Assembly (NCBI GenBank): GCA_039811685.1
Contig: JBDHZC010000001.1
Location: 1 to 64,000, forward strand
From: Armatimonadota bacterium
GTDB lineage: Bacteria; Armatimonadota; UBA5829; DSUL01
Direction: 5' to 3'
Length of the DNA: 64,000 bases
Shown here in pieces: positions 38,384 to 47,313 of the stretch (position 1 is the first letter of the stretch; every line of letters starts with the position of its first letter). Below the pieces are notes generated by a model. The model ran no database searches and had not been told where the DNA came from. It saw only the letters and a list, made by a program, of their open reading frames with translations. Both the position numbers and the translations under genes were made by a program.

Positions 38384-39553
38384 GTGAGAATCGCGCATCT
38401 CGCTGACGTTCATCTGGGCTATCGGGCTTATACACGCACAACTTCGGCAGGGTTGAACAGGCGTGAAGTGGACGTTTTCAAAGCCTTCCAGAGCGTTCTT
38501 CAACGCGTCATTGATCTCAATCCTGACATTGTTATCATCGCAGGCGACCTTTTCCACAGTGTCCGCCCCAGCAACTACACAATCAACAATGCATACCGTC
38601 TGTTGCGGGATTTTCGAAACCAGACCCCCGCGCCTCTGGTTATCATCGGAGGCAATCACGACACGCCCAAGTCCGTAGATACCGGCTGCATTCTGGATCT
38701 GTTTGATTCCATTCCAAATGTCTTTATCCGTCATCATGGCTACCACGCTGTGGCCTTTCCGGAGCTGGACTGCGCCGTCTATTGCCTGCCCTACTTTGCC
38801 CTTGAGGATCGCGCCCAATACCTTCTCCGTCCAGAGGCCGGGCCGTCCACCAACATTCTGACAGTGCATGGAACAGTCCAGGGTGTGGTGCGCAGCAGGG
38901 ACTCAGAAGCGCTTCAGGCTCATCCCTCTGAGTTTCATTTTGAAGAGTGGAACTATGCCGCCTTCGGGCACTATCACATCCGGTGCGAGTTGGAGCCAAA
39001 TGCGTACTACGCCGGCTCAATCGAGTACACGAGCACCAACATCTGGGAGGAGTGTCCGGGAGCTCGCGGCCGCCCATCTCCAAAGGGGTTTGTCCTCTAC
39101 GACACAGACGCGGGAAAAGCGGACTTCTTCGAGACGCCTGACCTGCGTTACGTGCGTGATCTCGGAGTCCTCAACGCAGAATCGCTTTCCGCTGCGGAGG
39201 TTATGGAGGGTATTGACGCGCGCCTGGCGTCTGTGCCTGGCGGACTCAACGAGAAGATTCTGCGAATTGTGGTGGAGGCATTTCCGCGCGCTCTCCAAAA
39301 GGAGCTGGACTGGCAACGTTTGCGATCGCTTAAAAACGACGCCCTCCACCTGGACGTTGTTTTTCGTCCCCAGCCTGAGACGCACAGAGCGTTAGGCCGG
39401 ACTCCTGGCGGCGGCGCGAGACCCCTTGAGTTGGAATGGGAAGATTATGCGGGCGGAATGGAGGATGTCCCGCGCGGTATTGAGCGGTCCCGGCTTGTCG
39501 AGCTGGGGAACACTTTTTTGCGGCAGGCAGCGGAAGCTGAGGTTGGTCTATGA
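38384..39553 (+). CDS. sbcD: Mre11/SbcD nuclease
   Basis: Phosphoesterase motifs ADVHLG, AGDLF, GNHD, HG, GHYH, YAGSIE. Confidence 0.93.
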   Translation: MRIAHLADVHLGYRAYTRTTSAGLNRREVDVFKAFQSVLQRVIDLNPDIVIIAGDLFHSVRPSNYTINNAYRLLRDFRNQTPAPLVIIGGNHDTPKSVDTGCILDLFDSIPNVFIRHHGYHAVAFPELDCAVYCLPYFALEDRAQYLLRPEAGPSTNILTVHGTVQGVVRSRDSEALQAHPSEFHFEEWNYAAFGHYHIRCELEPNAYYAGSIEYTSTNIWEECPGARGRPSPKGFVLYDTDAGKADFFETPDLRYVRDLGVLNAESLSAAEVMEGIDARLASVPGGLNEKILRIVVEAFPRALQKELDWQRLRSLKNDALHLDVVFRPQPETHRALGRTPGGGARPLELEWEDYAGGMEDVPRGIERSRLVELGNTFLRQAAEAEVGL

Positions 39554-42015
39554 AGCTGCTTGAGTTGAAGCTGGCCAACTTCCGGCAGCACCGCGATACT
39601 ACTGTGCAATTCTTTGATGGCATCACGGGTATCCTGGGCCGGAATGGCTCGGGTAAGACCACTCTGCTTGAGAGTATCGCCTGGGCCTTGTACGGACAGA
39701 AGGCAGTGCAGCGGATGGATCGCGGCAAGGCGGAGACGCTTCGCTCGCGGGGCGCCAGAGCATCAGACCACACGGAAGTCCATCTGACTTTTGAGCTGAG
39801 CGGACAGAACTACACCGTAGTGCGCCGGCTGAATGACGCGGCGCTGCTGATCGGTTCAAACAAGACACACACGGGCACGGAGCCTGTTACCAGGGCGGTC
39901 TCGGCCCTGCTCAAAATGGACGCCCAGGCATTCTTCACCAGCTTTTTCACAGGTCAAAAGGACCTGGCGTTTCTCCAGGATGTGTCGGGCCCGGCGCGTC
40001 AGCAGTACATCAGCAGACTTCTCGGATATGAGCGCCTGACGCGCGCGCGTCAAATGGCCAATGACGAAAAGCTCGCTGTGCGGCGCGATACGGAGACCCT
40101 GGAGCGCGGGCTGGGGGACATCGAGGAGATCAAGCGCCAGAAAGCCGAGGCTGAAGCGGCTCTGGCGGCGGCTCAGACAGGCGCCAAACAAGCAGCCGGG
40201 GAGAAAGTCAGAACGCAGACAGCGCTGAAAGAGATTGAACCGCTTAAGAACGCTTCAGATGCAAGGGAGAAGCAGCATAACGGGTATGTGGCGGATGCGC
40301 GCGTGCTGGAGACGCAGCGAGCAAGCTGCGAGAAGTCTGTGCAGCGAGCGCAGAGGGAACTTGCGGAGATTGATCAGGCAGACAGGGAACTGCAGACTCT
40401 GGAGCCTGCGCTCAAAGAGTATGATGAACTCAAGAGCCGCTACGAAGAGCTGAGAATCCTGCAGGTCGCCGACGTAGAACGCCACGGTTTGGAAGAGACC
40501 GTAAGTTCCAGCACACAAGACCTTTCGCAGTTCCTTAATTCTGCCACTGAACTTGAGAGCCGTTTTGCGGGGTTGCCGGCGGTCCAGAAGCGCATTTCAG
40601 AACTACAGGAGCGACTCGAATCTTCGAAGCGTCGTCTGCAGGAATTAGAGCGGGAAACAGTAGAGCAAAAGGCAAGAACAAGCGCTGAAGTAGACTCACT
40701 GGAGACGCGCGTCCGGGAGGAAGAAGAACATCTTGGTCAACTTCTTCAAGCTGGGCCGGACGGAGTATGCCCAACCTGCGAAAGGGCACTGGAGGGGGAG
40801 TTCGACCGGGTAACGGAGCAGATGCGCGAGCGGATTGCCGATTTTTCCGCTTCCATCACGAAGTTGCATATCCGCCTGAAGAATGTGCAGACCGATTCTG
40901 AACCTATCATCACTCTGAAGCAGACAATTCAGGATACGGAGAACGGTCTGGTTGAAGCGCGCAAAGAAGAGTATGCAGCCCGCAAGGCAGGTGAGGATCT
41001 CAAAAAGGAACGCCAGCGCGCGGCTGATGTGCGAGAGCGAATACAAACGGCGCAGAAGCGGCTTGCAGAGCTTCCGGGTGGTTTTGACGCGCAGGAGTTT
41101 GAACAGCTGGGAAAGCGCGGCTTTGAGCTGAAACCTGTGCGCAAGCGCTCGCAGGAACTCCAGGCGCAACTCAGCCGTCGCGACAGTGTCGCCCTGGAAC
41201 TTGCAGAGCAGCAGGAGAGTCTCGACGCTGCCACACAAGCCCTCTCCTTGAAGACCACCGCCCTGACTGAGCTGGCGTTTGACGCGGACGAACACGCAAA
41301 ACTGACAGCTACGTGGCAAGATCTGAGCGAACGGGCGGCGGAAACTCAGAACGCCGTTGTGCGCGCGGACGGGCAGGTAGTGGCGGCGCAGAAAGACCTG
41401 GCGGCGTGTAAACAAAGAGAGGACGACTATCGCGCTCACGCAAAACGGCTGGAAGAAAGCCGTGAGTCTCATCGCTATCTGGATTTTCTGACAGCAGCGT
41501 TCGACGGTTTTCGAGGCGAGCTCAACAGTCAGATACGTCCGCGTTTATCCGAATCTGCCAGTGAGCTGATAGCGCAGATAACCGACGGGCGCTACAATGA
41601 GGTGGACCTCGGTGAAGACTACACTCCTCGCCTGTTTGATGACGGCGAGTACAAGCCCGTTATCTCAGGTGGTGAGGAGGACATTCTGCATCTTTCAATG
41701 CGTCTGGCGATCTCCCAGATGATAGCGGAAAGAGCAGGGGTGGACCTGGGGTTGCTGGTGCTCGACGAAGTGTTCGGATCCTTGGACGAAGGCCGCCGCG
41801 AGAACGTTATCTCGCTACTGCAAAACCTGAAAGGGCGCTTCGAGCAAATCCTGCTGATTACACATATCGAGACGATTCACGATATGGTCGATCGCACCAT
41901 CTGGGTAGATTATGATTCTGTCTCTGCGAGCAGCCTTGTACGGGATAGCCGCGTCGAGTCTCACAGCCTGGATCAGGCGTTTGTTGAGACAGAATCTGTT
42001 CTGGTGTTAGAATGA
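39550..42015 (+). CDS. sbcC: Rad50/SbcC SMC-family ATPase
   Basis: GRNGSGKTT, Q-loop TGQKD, coiled coils with central CPTC zinc hook, ISGGE, LDEVFGSLD, LITH. Confidence 0.95.
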   Translation: MKLLELKLANFRQHRDTTVQFFDGITGILGRNGSGKTTLLESIAWALYGQKAVQRMDRGKAETLRSRGARASDHTEVHLTFELSGQNYTVVRRLNDAALLIGSNKTHTGTEPVTRAVSALLKMDAQAFFTSFFTGQKDLAFLQDVSGPARQQYISRLLGYERLTRARQMANDEKLAVRRDTETLERGLGDIEEIKRQKAEAEAALAAAQTGAKQAAGEKVRTQTALKEIEPLKNASDAREKQHNGYVADARVLETQRASCEKSVQRAQRELAEIDQADRELQTLEPALKEYDELKSRYEELRILQVADVERHGLEETVSSSTQDLSQFLNSATELESRFAGLPAVQKRISELQERLESSKRRLQELERETVEQKARTSAEVDSLETRVREEEEHLGQLLQAGPDGVCPTCERALEGEFDRVTEQMRERIADFSASITKLHIRLKNVQTDSEPIITLKQTIQDTENGLVEARKEEYAARKAGEDLKKERQRAADVRERIQTAQKRLAELPGGFDAQEFEQLGKRGFELKPVRKRSQELQAQLSRRDSVALELAEQQESLDAATQALSLKTTALTELAFDADEHAKLTATWQDLSERAAETQNAVVRADGQVVAAQKDLAACKQREDDYRAHAKRLEESRESHRYLDFLTAAFDGFRGELNSQIRPRLSESASELIAQITDGRYNEVDLGEDYTPRLFDDGEYKPVISGGEEDILHLSMRLAISQMIAERAGVDLGLLVLDEVFGSLDEGRRENVISLLQNLKGRFEQILLITHIETIHDMVDRTIWVDYDSVSASSLVRDSRVESHSLDQAFVETESVLVLE

Positions 42016-42029
42016 TTGTCTAACACAAA

Positions 42030-43166
42030 GTGCCTCATCTTGAAGGAGCTTTTCAACTGGCGAGTTCCCCATCAACAGAAACTGTCTCATTTCAGGAAAG
42101 CCTGGCGGACTTCCGGTTGGAGTTCGACCTGTGGCTTCCCCGCTTCCTGCGCACCCGCCTGGAGCCTGTCCTGCGACTGCATCCGGATCTGAGTTCCTTT
42201 CTCGAGAGTCTGCTGGAGTTTGCGGCGCGATCCGGAAAGCGGTTGAGACCGTTTCTTGTGTATTCCGGATTTCGGTCTGTGGCCGGAGCGCACGTTGTGG
42301 GCACTGCCGAGGGTGTTTTGCCGCTGGCCGCGGCCGCAGAAATGCTCCACGTGTTTGCGCTCGCTCACGATGACGTGATGGACCAATCGGAATTGCGCAG
42401 AGGAATGCCGACCCTGCATTGCGCGTGGGCAAGACAGCACGAGGCCCAGTCCTGGCGCGGTGACCCCAACCAGTTCGGGGCCAGCGTAGCTATTCTCCTC
42501 GGAGACCTGGCGCTCGTTCTCGCAGACGCATGCCTGGAAGAGACAGCAGTACTGGATCGCTACGTCCGTGCGGCCCGCTCCGTCTGGCAGACTATGCGCG
42601 AAGAGGTGATCGAGGGACAGATTCTGGATGTAGCAGCCTCTCAACTTGGGACACCAGCGTCAGAAGACCAGATACGGACCATTCTAAGCCTGAAGTCAGG
42701 CAAGTACACGATGGAGCGCCCGTTGCATCTCGGGGCATCGGCTGCAGGCGCGAACGCGGGTCTTCTGGAAGTCTTTACGCGCTTTGGAGTGCCGCTTGGG
42801 CAGGCGTTTCAGATACAGGACGATATTCTGGATCTCTTTGGGGATCCGCAAATCACCGGCAAGCCCGCTGCGGCTGATCTGAAAGAAGGTAAGTCCACAC
42901 TCCTGGTCTCCCACGCTTACGAAAACTCCTCAGTTCAGGACAGGCAGACCCTGATGGACGCCTGGGGAAATCCCCAGGCGACTGTCCCGCAAGTTGTTGC
43001 TGCCAGAGAAGTCATTGAGCGCAGTGGCGCCCTGGACTATGCTTGTTCGCAAGCGCAGGCGTTTGCCGACGAGGCTCGTTCGGTTATTAGCGTCGCGCCA
43101 GTCCCAGAGGAGTCACGTGCAATCCTGCTGGGCTTGACGAGCTTCGTACTGGATCGGCAGACCTGA
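42030..43166 (+). CDS. Polyprenyl diphosphate synthase (GGPP synthase-like)
   Basis: GKRLRP, HDDVMD..RRG, GQILD, KSGKY, FQIQDDILD, DLKEGK. Confidence 0.92.
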   Translation: MPHLEGAFQLASSPSTETVSFQESLADFRLEFDLWLPRFLRTRLEPVLRLHPDLSSFLESLLEFAARSGKRLRPFLVYSGFRSVAGAHVVGTAEGVLPLAAAAEMLHVFALAHDDVMDQSELRRGMPTLHCAWARQHEAQSWRGDPNQFGASVAILLGDLALVLADACLEETAVLDRYVRAARSVWQTMREEVIEGQILDVAASQLGTPASEDQIRTILSLKSGKYTMERPLHLGASAAGANAGLLEVFTRFGVPLGQAFQIQDDILDLFGDPQITGKPAAADLKEGKSTLLVSHAYENSSVQDRQTLMDAWGNPQATVPQVVAAREVIERSGALDYACSQAQAFADEARSVISVAPVPEESRAILLGLTSFVLDRQT

Positions 43167-43210
43167 TCTGAGCCACCTCTGTTTCCTGATTTTTCCCGCA
43201 ACCCCGTAAT

Positions 43211-43226
43211 TGGCACAGGATTTGCA
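43211..43226 (+). promoter_or_regulatory. Sigma54 (-24/-12) promoter
   Basis: TGGCAC-AGGAT-TTGCA, matching the RpoN consensus and spacing. Confidence 0.8.
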
Positions 43227-43312
43227 CTCCCCTAAGTGAGTCTCGCACGTCGAAAGCCGGGCGCTCTGAGAAAGCCTTGCGCGACGTCGGGAGAGTGAGG
43301 GGGACAGATCTT

Positions 43313-43792
43313 ATGCTGGGAACTAAGATCCTGCGCCGTATTACCGGCGTGTTCGTATTTGGGTTAATGGCGGCCAACTGCGCCAGGGCCGTTCCTGTCT
43401 TTTCGTACTACAACGACACGCCTGATCCGACAATCTACAAATATCTCATCTTCAATCCTGTCAGTTCATTTGAAGTGTCGCATGTTGAGATGCAGGCGGC
43501 TGGCGCCACGGCTATCTCATCGCCTGCGGGCTGGACGGGTACGCTTGCCGGCGGTATCGCGACCTGGCAGACCATTCTTGGCGCCTCTCCTATCGGACCC
43601 GGCGAAGAGATCACCGGTTTTGAGCTCGTTGGTAGCGCTGCTAAGACGATTCAGTCCTACAAAATCAGTGGACCTCAGTTTGAGCACGAAGACGTCGTGA
43701 TCGTGCCCGTGCCAGAACCGGGGTCTCTACTTGCGATTGGCAGTGGATTGATAGGACTGATCGGCCTGATGGCCCGGCGAAGGTACGCGTAA
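43313..43792 (+). CDS. PEP-CTERM sorting domain protein
   Basis: Signal peptide; C-terminal VPEPGSLLAIGSGLIGLIGLMARRRYA. Confidence 0.92.
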   Translation: MLGTKILRRITGVFVFGLMAANCARAVPVFSYYNDTPDPTIYKYLIFNPVSSFEVSHVEMQAAGATAISSPAGWTGTLAGGIATWQTILGASPIGPGEEITGFELVGSAAKTIQSYKISGPQFEHEDVVIVPVPEPGSLLAIGSGLIGLIGLMARRRYA

Positions 43793-43977
43793 CACAAGCT
43801 CTCGGTCACTGGTCGCGCGGCTCTTCAGCCTGCCTCTGGAGCAGCGCGACTATACCCTGCGATCACACGCAATTTACTTCGAGACCATGCTTTTTGTATA
43901 GGAGTGAAGGGCGCTCCTGTGCTGTTTGCGCGCTGGCCCAAAATTGACTCCAGCGCTCCTTGCGCCATACTTGAGCG

Positions 43978-43986
43978 TGGTATAAT
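43978..43986 (+). promoter_or_regulatory. Extended -10 promoter element
   Basis: TGGTATAAT about 80 nt upstream of the 44067 ORF. Confidence 0.55.
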
Positions 43987-44066
43987 GAAGCAGGGAGCTC
44001 CACAAAAGCAGCGCGCACACCTGGCAATGAATCACCGCGCGCACTGCGAAGCGGAAGCTCCAGGAG

Positions 44067-47000
44067 TTGTTGACTGTTTCTATGCTGAAGCTACGCACAG
44101 AGATTCTGGCCCTGTGCCTGCTGATGTCGTGTTTGCCTGTCTCTGGAACCCCGAACAATCCGTACGGCGCGCACACGTTCATCCAGGATATCATGTCCCC
44201 GCAGTTGATCAACCGGCAAGTGGACTGGACGCGGACGCTTACTGGTCCCGGCGGCTACGCAAAGCAGCTCTTTTATCCCATCACTAACGCGACGGTGGTC
44301 AACCCGTCATGGCAGCAGTATGTTCAGGCCTGCTACGACCGCGACCTCATTCCCGTCATTCGCATCGCCACCACCATGGAGAACGGAATCTGGCAGAAGC
44401 CAGTCGCAGACAGTCCCGGTAACTATGCGACCTTTGCCAACACTGTAAAGAACATCGTAGCCGCGTTTCCGAAGCGCGAAGGCTGGCCGCTCTATATCGA
44501 AGTTCTCAACGAGCCAAACAACAACTACGAGTGGTCTGGCGCTGCCAACCCGGTTGAATACGGTCAGTGTCTCGTACAGGTAGCCGCCGCGTTGCACTCT
44601 CTCGCAGACCCACGGATCAAAGTCGTGAACGCCGGGTTGTCGCCCGGTGGCTCGTATGACAATCTGGCGTACATCCAGCAGATGTGTGTGAATGTACCCG
44701 GCTTTCTGACGTCTTTCGATGCATGGGCGACTCATCCATATCCGGATCGCCCGCCCGAGTTCAATTTCCACAATGGGCTGGCGCCCGTGTGGTCGTATCC
44801 GATAGACAGCTATGTTGCGGAACTGAATGTGCTGGCCAATTATGGGTGCACGGGTATTCAGGTCATTGCGACAGAGGGTGGGTACACAGGAGGGTCTGAA
44901 GACGGCCGGGCGGATCAGATGATGCGCGCTTTTCGGGACTGCTACAGCCAGTGGCCCGAAGTTCTCGCCGTCTGTCCGTGGCAGCTCAGCAATCCTCTCT
45001 CAGATGACCCGGGTTCGGACTGGGTTTATCGAGACAGCACCGGAGCCTATCCTTCGCACACTCACAAAATCTACGACTCCGTCTACAAGCTGGCAAAGCC
45101 AGGCATGGCCACCGGGACGATTTCCGGGACGGTCCGTGAGAGTCAGTTTGCCAATCCGCTCGCGAATGTCACGGTCACACTACAGCCAGGAAACCTTGCG
45201 CAGGTTACGGACTCTGCCGGAAGCTATATCTTTCCAGGCCTTGCACCTGGAACCTACACCGTCACGGCCTCGAAGGCCAACTATTCTCAGCAGACCCAGC
45301 CAGGTCTCAGTGTGACTGCTCAGGTCAACACAGTCCAGAACTTCTCATTGAGCGCCACTGCAGTTGGAGAAATCCAGGGAATGATTTGTGACAGCCTGTC
45401 TGGACACCCCATTGGTGGCGCGCTGGTAAACGCTTCTCCAGGCGGCTATACCACGACGACGGCCAATGATGGCTCCTACGCTTTCACAGGTTTGAATCCC
45501 GCAACCTACACTCTATCATCCTCCATGCCCGGGTACTACAGTCACATTGCCGTTCCTGTCGCGCTCGATGCGGGCGAGTCGCGCAATGTGAACTGGTGGA
45601 TGGGGCCAGGGCAAACGCCTGGCAGCCCAAATCTGCTTAACGGTTATGATTTTGAGTCGCCAGTGTCTGGGAGTACCCCAGACGGCTGGTCAACCCGGGA
45701 TGGACAGGCGCATCCTGAAATCTTTGCCATTGACTCAAGTGTGCGCTACAACGGTGTCTCAAGCGTTCGTCTTATCGTCAACGGCTCCCAGCAGGACGAG
45801 ATGTGGCAGATGACCAACTACCACTCTATGATTCCGGGCCGACGCTACCGGATTGAAGGCTGGGTAAAGACTCAAAATCCGAGTGGTAGCGTCAAGCTCA
45901 TCGGAAATTTCTTCAACGATGACACGACGTCCGTCAAAGGCAGCTTCACCTGCTCGCCTGTGTTGACCACAACCAGCGGCTGGACCAGACTGGTTGGCTA
46001 CGGGACAGCGCCGAGCTTCCTGCCCAATTCCGGAGGGCGGCTGCAAGTTGTCCTCAAGAGCACGACAAACTCTGGCACAGTGTGGGCAGACAACTTCTGG
46101 GCTGGCGAAGACACGACGGGTCAGAGCCCTCTTGCGTGCCCAACGAACCTGACTGCGATTGTCAGCTCTTCGTCCAGATATGCCAGCCTCTGGTGGCAGC
46201 ATGGTGTGAGTCCGGGTACTACCGGAACTACAATCGTATTCCGCACAGACCGCTACCCGCAGACCGTCAATGATGGAACAGTTGTTGCGGATAAGGCCGG
46301 GTCACCCGGGACCGCCGGAAGTGCACAGCACACAAATCTGGTGTACGGAACACGGTACTACTATGCGGCCTTCTCACACGGTGCAGCCGGAGCCAATCCC
46401 AGCCAGCCTGTGTTTTGCTCAGCAGTTCTGTCAGACGTCACCCCGCCAGCGCCACCTTCCAGCGTAACTGATGAAGGACTCTACACCACCAGTCTAAATA
46501 CGCTGTCAGCGACCTGGAGGGCAGCATCTGATCCGGAATCTGGAGTTGTAGAGTACCGCTATCGAATTGGCGTCACGCAGGGAGGCGCAGAAGTCTCGGA
46601 CTGGACCAGCGTCTCAACAGCAACCAGTATGCACCGAAGCGGACTGAGCTTGATTCCGGGACAGACGTATTTCATCACGGTACAGGCGCGCAACGGCGCC
46701 GGTCTGTGGAGCAGTTCTGCGTTTTCAGACGGCATTCTGGCTGTGAAGGAGTGTAGCTCGATAGGAGAAGCCAAGCTGCTGGCAGACGGTGCTGCGGTGA
46801 TAATTTCGGATGTTGCCGCAACGACTTCTTCGGGATTCTCCACTTCTGCCTTTTATATCGAACAGCCAGACCGATCTGCCGGCATCCGTGTTCAGCACTC
46901 CGGTGATCTTGCGGTTGCTGTCGGCGACCGTCTGACCCTGGTAGCTAAGCTCTCCACAGTCCAATCTGAACGAACTCTGACTCTCGTAGACTTGCCTCAG

Positions 47001-47309
47001 CGGGCCGCTGGGCAACCGATTCGTCCGCTGCACGCAAGTAACGCTGCCGTGAGAAAGGCCAGTCTGCCTGACCCTGTTGGCTTGCTGTTCGGCGTGTGGG
47101 GTCGAGTGACTTCGGTTGGCGGCGACAGTTTTGTAATTACAGACGGCGCGCACTCCGGATTGCACGTTGACGCCAGCCGTCTTCCCACCCTGCCTGCTTC
47201 TGGATCCTACGTCTTTGTCACCGGCGTTCTTTCGGTGGAGCCGGGCGCCGAATACGTCAATAATATCCTATGTCCCCGTGATAGCGGAGACCTGTCTAGT
47301 CTGGAGTAA
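44067..47309 (+). CDS. Secreted modular clan GH-A glycoside hydrolase-like protein (TIM barrel, carboxypeptidase-regulatory-like, CBM-like, Fn3, shared C-terminal domain)
   Basis: Signal peptide; LNEPN, THPY, ATEGG; two GxYxFxGLxPxTY units; SDPESGVVEYRY Fn3; C-terminal FYIEQPDRSAGIRV...VWGRV...ITDG. Confidence 0.75.
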   Translation: MLTVSMLKLRTEILALCLLMSCLPVSGTPNNPYGAHTFIQDIMSPQLINRQVDWTRTLTGPGGYAKQLFYPITNATVVNPSWQQYVQACYDRDLIPVIRIATTMENGIWQKPVADSPGNYATFANTVKNIVAAFPKREGWPLYIEVLNEPNNNYEWSGAANPVEYGQCLVQVAAALHSLADPRIKVVNAGLSPGGSYDNLAYIQQMCVNVPGFLTSFDAWATHPYPDRPPEFNFHNGLAPVWSYPIDSYVAELNVLANYGCTGIQVIATEGGYTGGSEDGRADQMMRAFRDCYSQWPEVLAVCPWQLSNPLSDDPGSDWVYRDSTGAYPSHTHKIYDSVYKLAKPGMATGTISGTVRESQFANPLANVTVTLQPGNLAQVTDSAGSYIFPGLAPGTYTVTASKANYSQQTQPGLSVTAQVNTVQNFSLSATAVGEIQGMICDSLSGHPIGGALVNASPGGYTTTTANDGSYAFTGLNPATYTLSSSMPGYYSHIAVPVALDAGESRNVNWWMGPGQTPGSPNLLNGYDFESPVSGSTPDGWSTRDGQAHPEIFAIDSSVRYNGVSSVRLIVNGSQQDEMWQMTNYHSMIPGRRYRIEGWVKTQNPSGSVKLIGNFFNDDTTSVKGSFTCSPVLTTTSGWTRLVGYGTAPSFLPNSGGRLQVVLKSTTNSGTVWADNFWAGEDTTGQSPLACPTNLTAIVSSSSRYASLWWQHGVSPGTTGTTIVFRTDRYPQTVNDGTVVADKAGSPGTAGSAQHTNLVYGTRYYYAAFSHGAAGANPSQPVFCSAVLSDVTPPAPPSSVTDEGLYTTSLNTLSATWRAASDPESGVVEYRYRIGVTQGGAEVSDWTSVSTATSMHRSGLSLIPGQTYFITVQARNGAGLWSSSAFSDGILAVKECSSIGEAKLLADGAAVIISDVAATTSSGFSTSAFYIEQPDRSAGIRVQHSGDLAVAVGDRLTLVAKLSTVQSERTLTLVDLPQRAAGQPIRPLHASNAAVRKASLPDPVGLLFGVWGRVTSVGGDSFVITDGAHSGLHVDASRLPTLPASGSYVFVTGVLSVEPGAEYVNNILCPRDSGDLSSLE

Positions 47310-47313
47310 GTAT

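Noticed and set aside
35343..42015. Calling the operon a known defence system (Lamassu, Wadjet, Sir2-HerA/Nezha)
   Set aside because: No kleisin/KITE subunits or Sir2/Cap4-type effector; Rad50 zinc hook plus Mre11 and a LexA-like box fit repair; no defence-island context.
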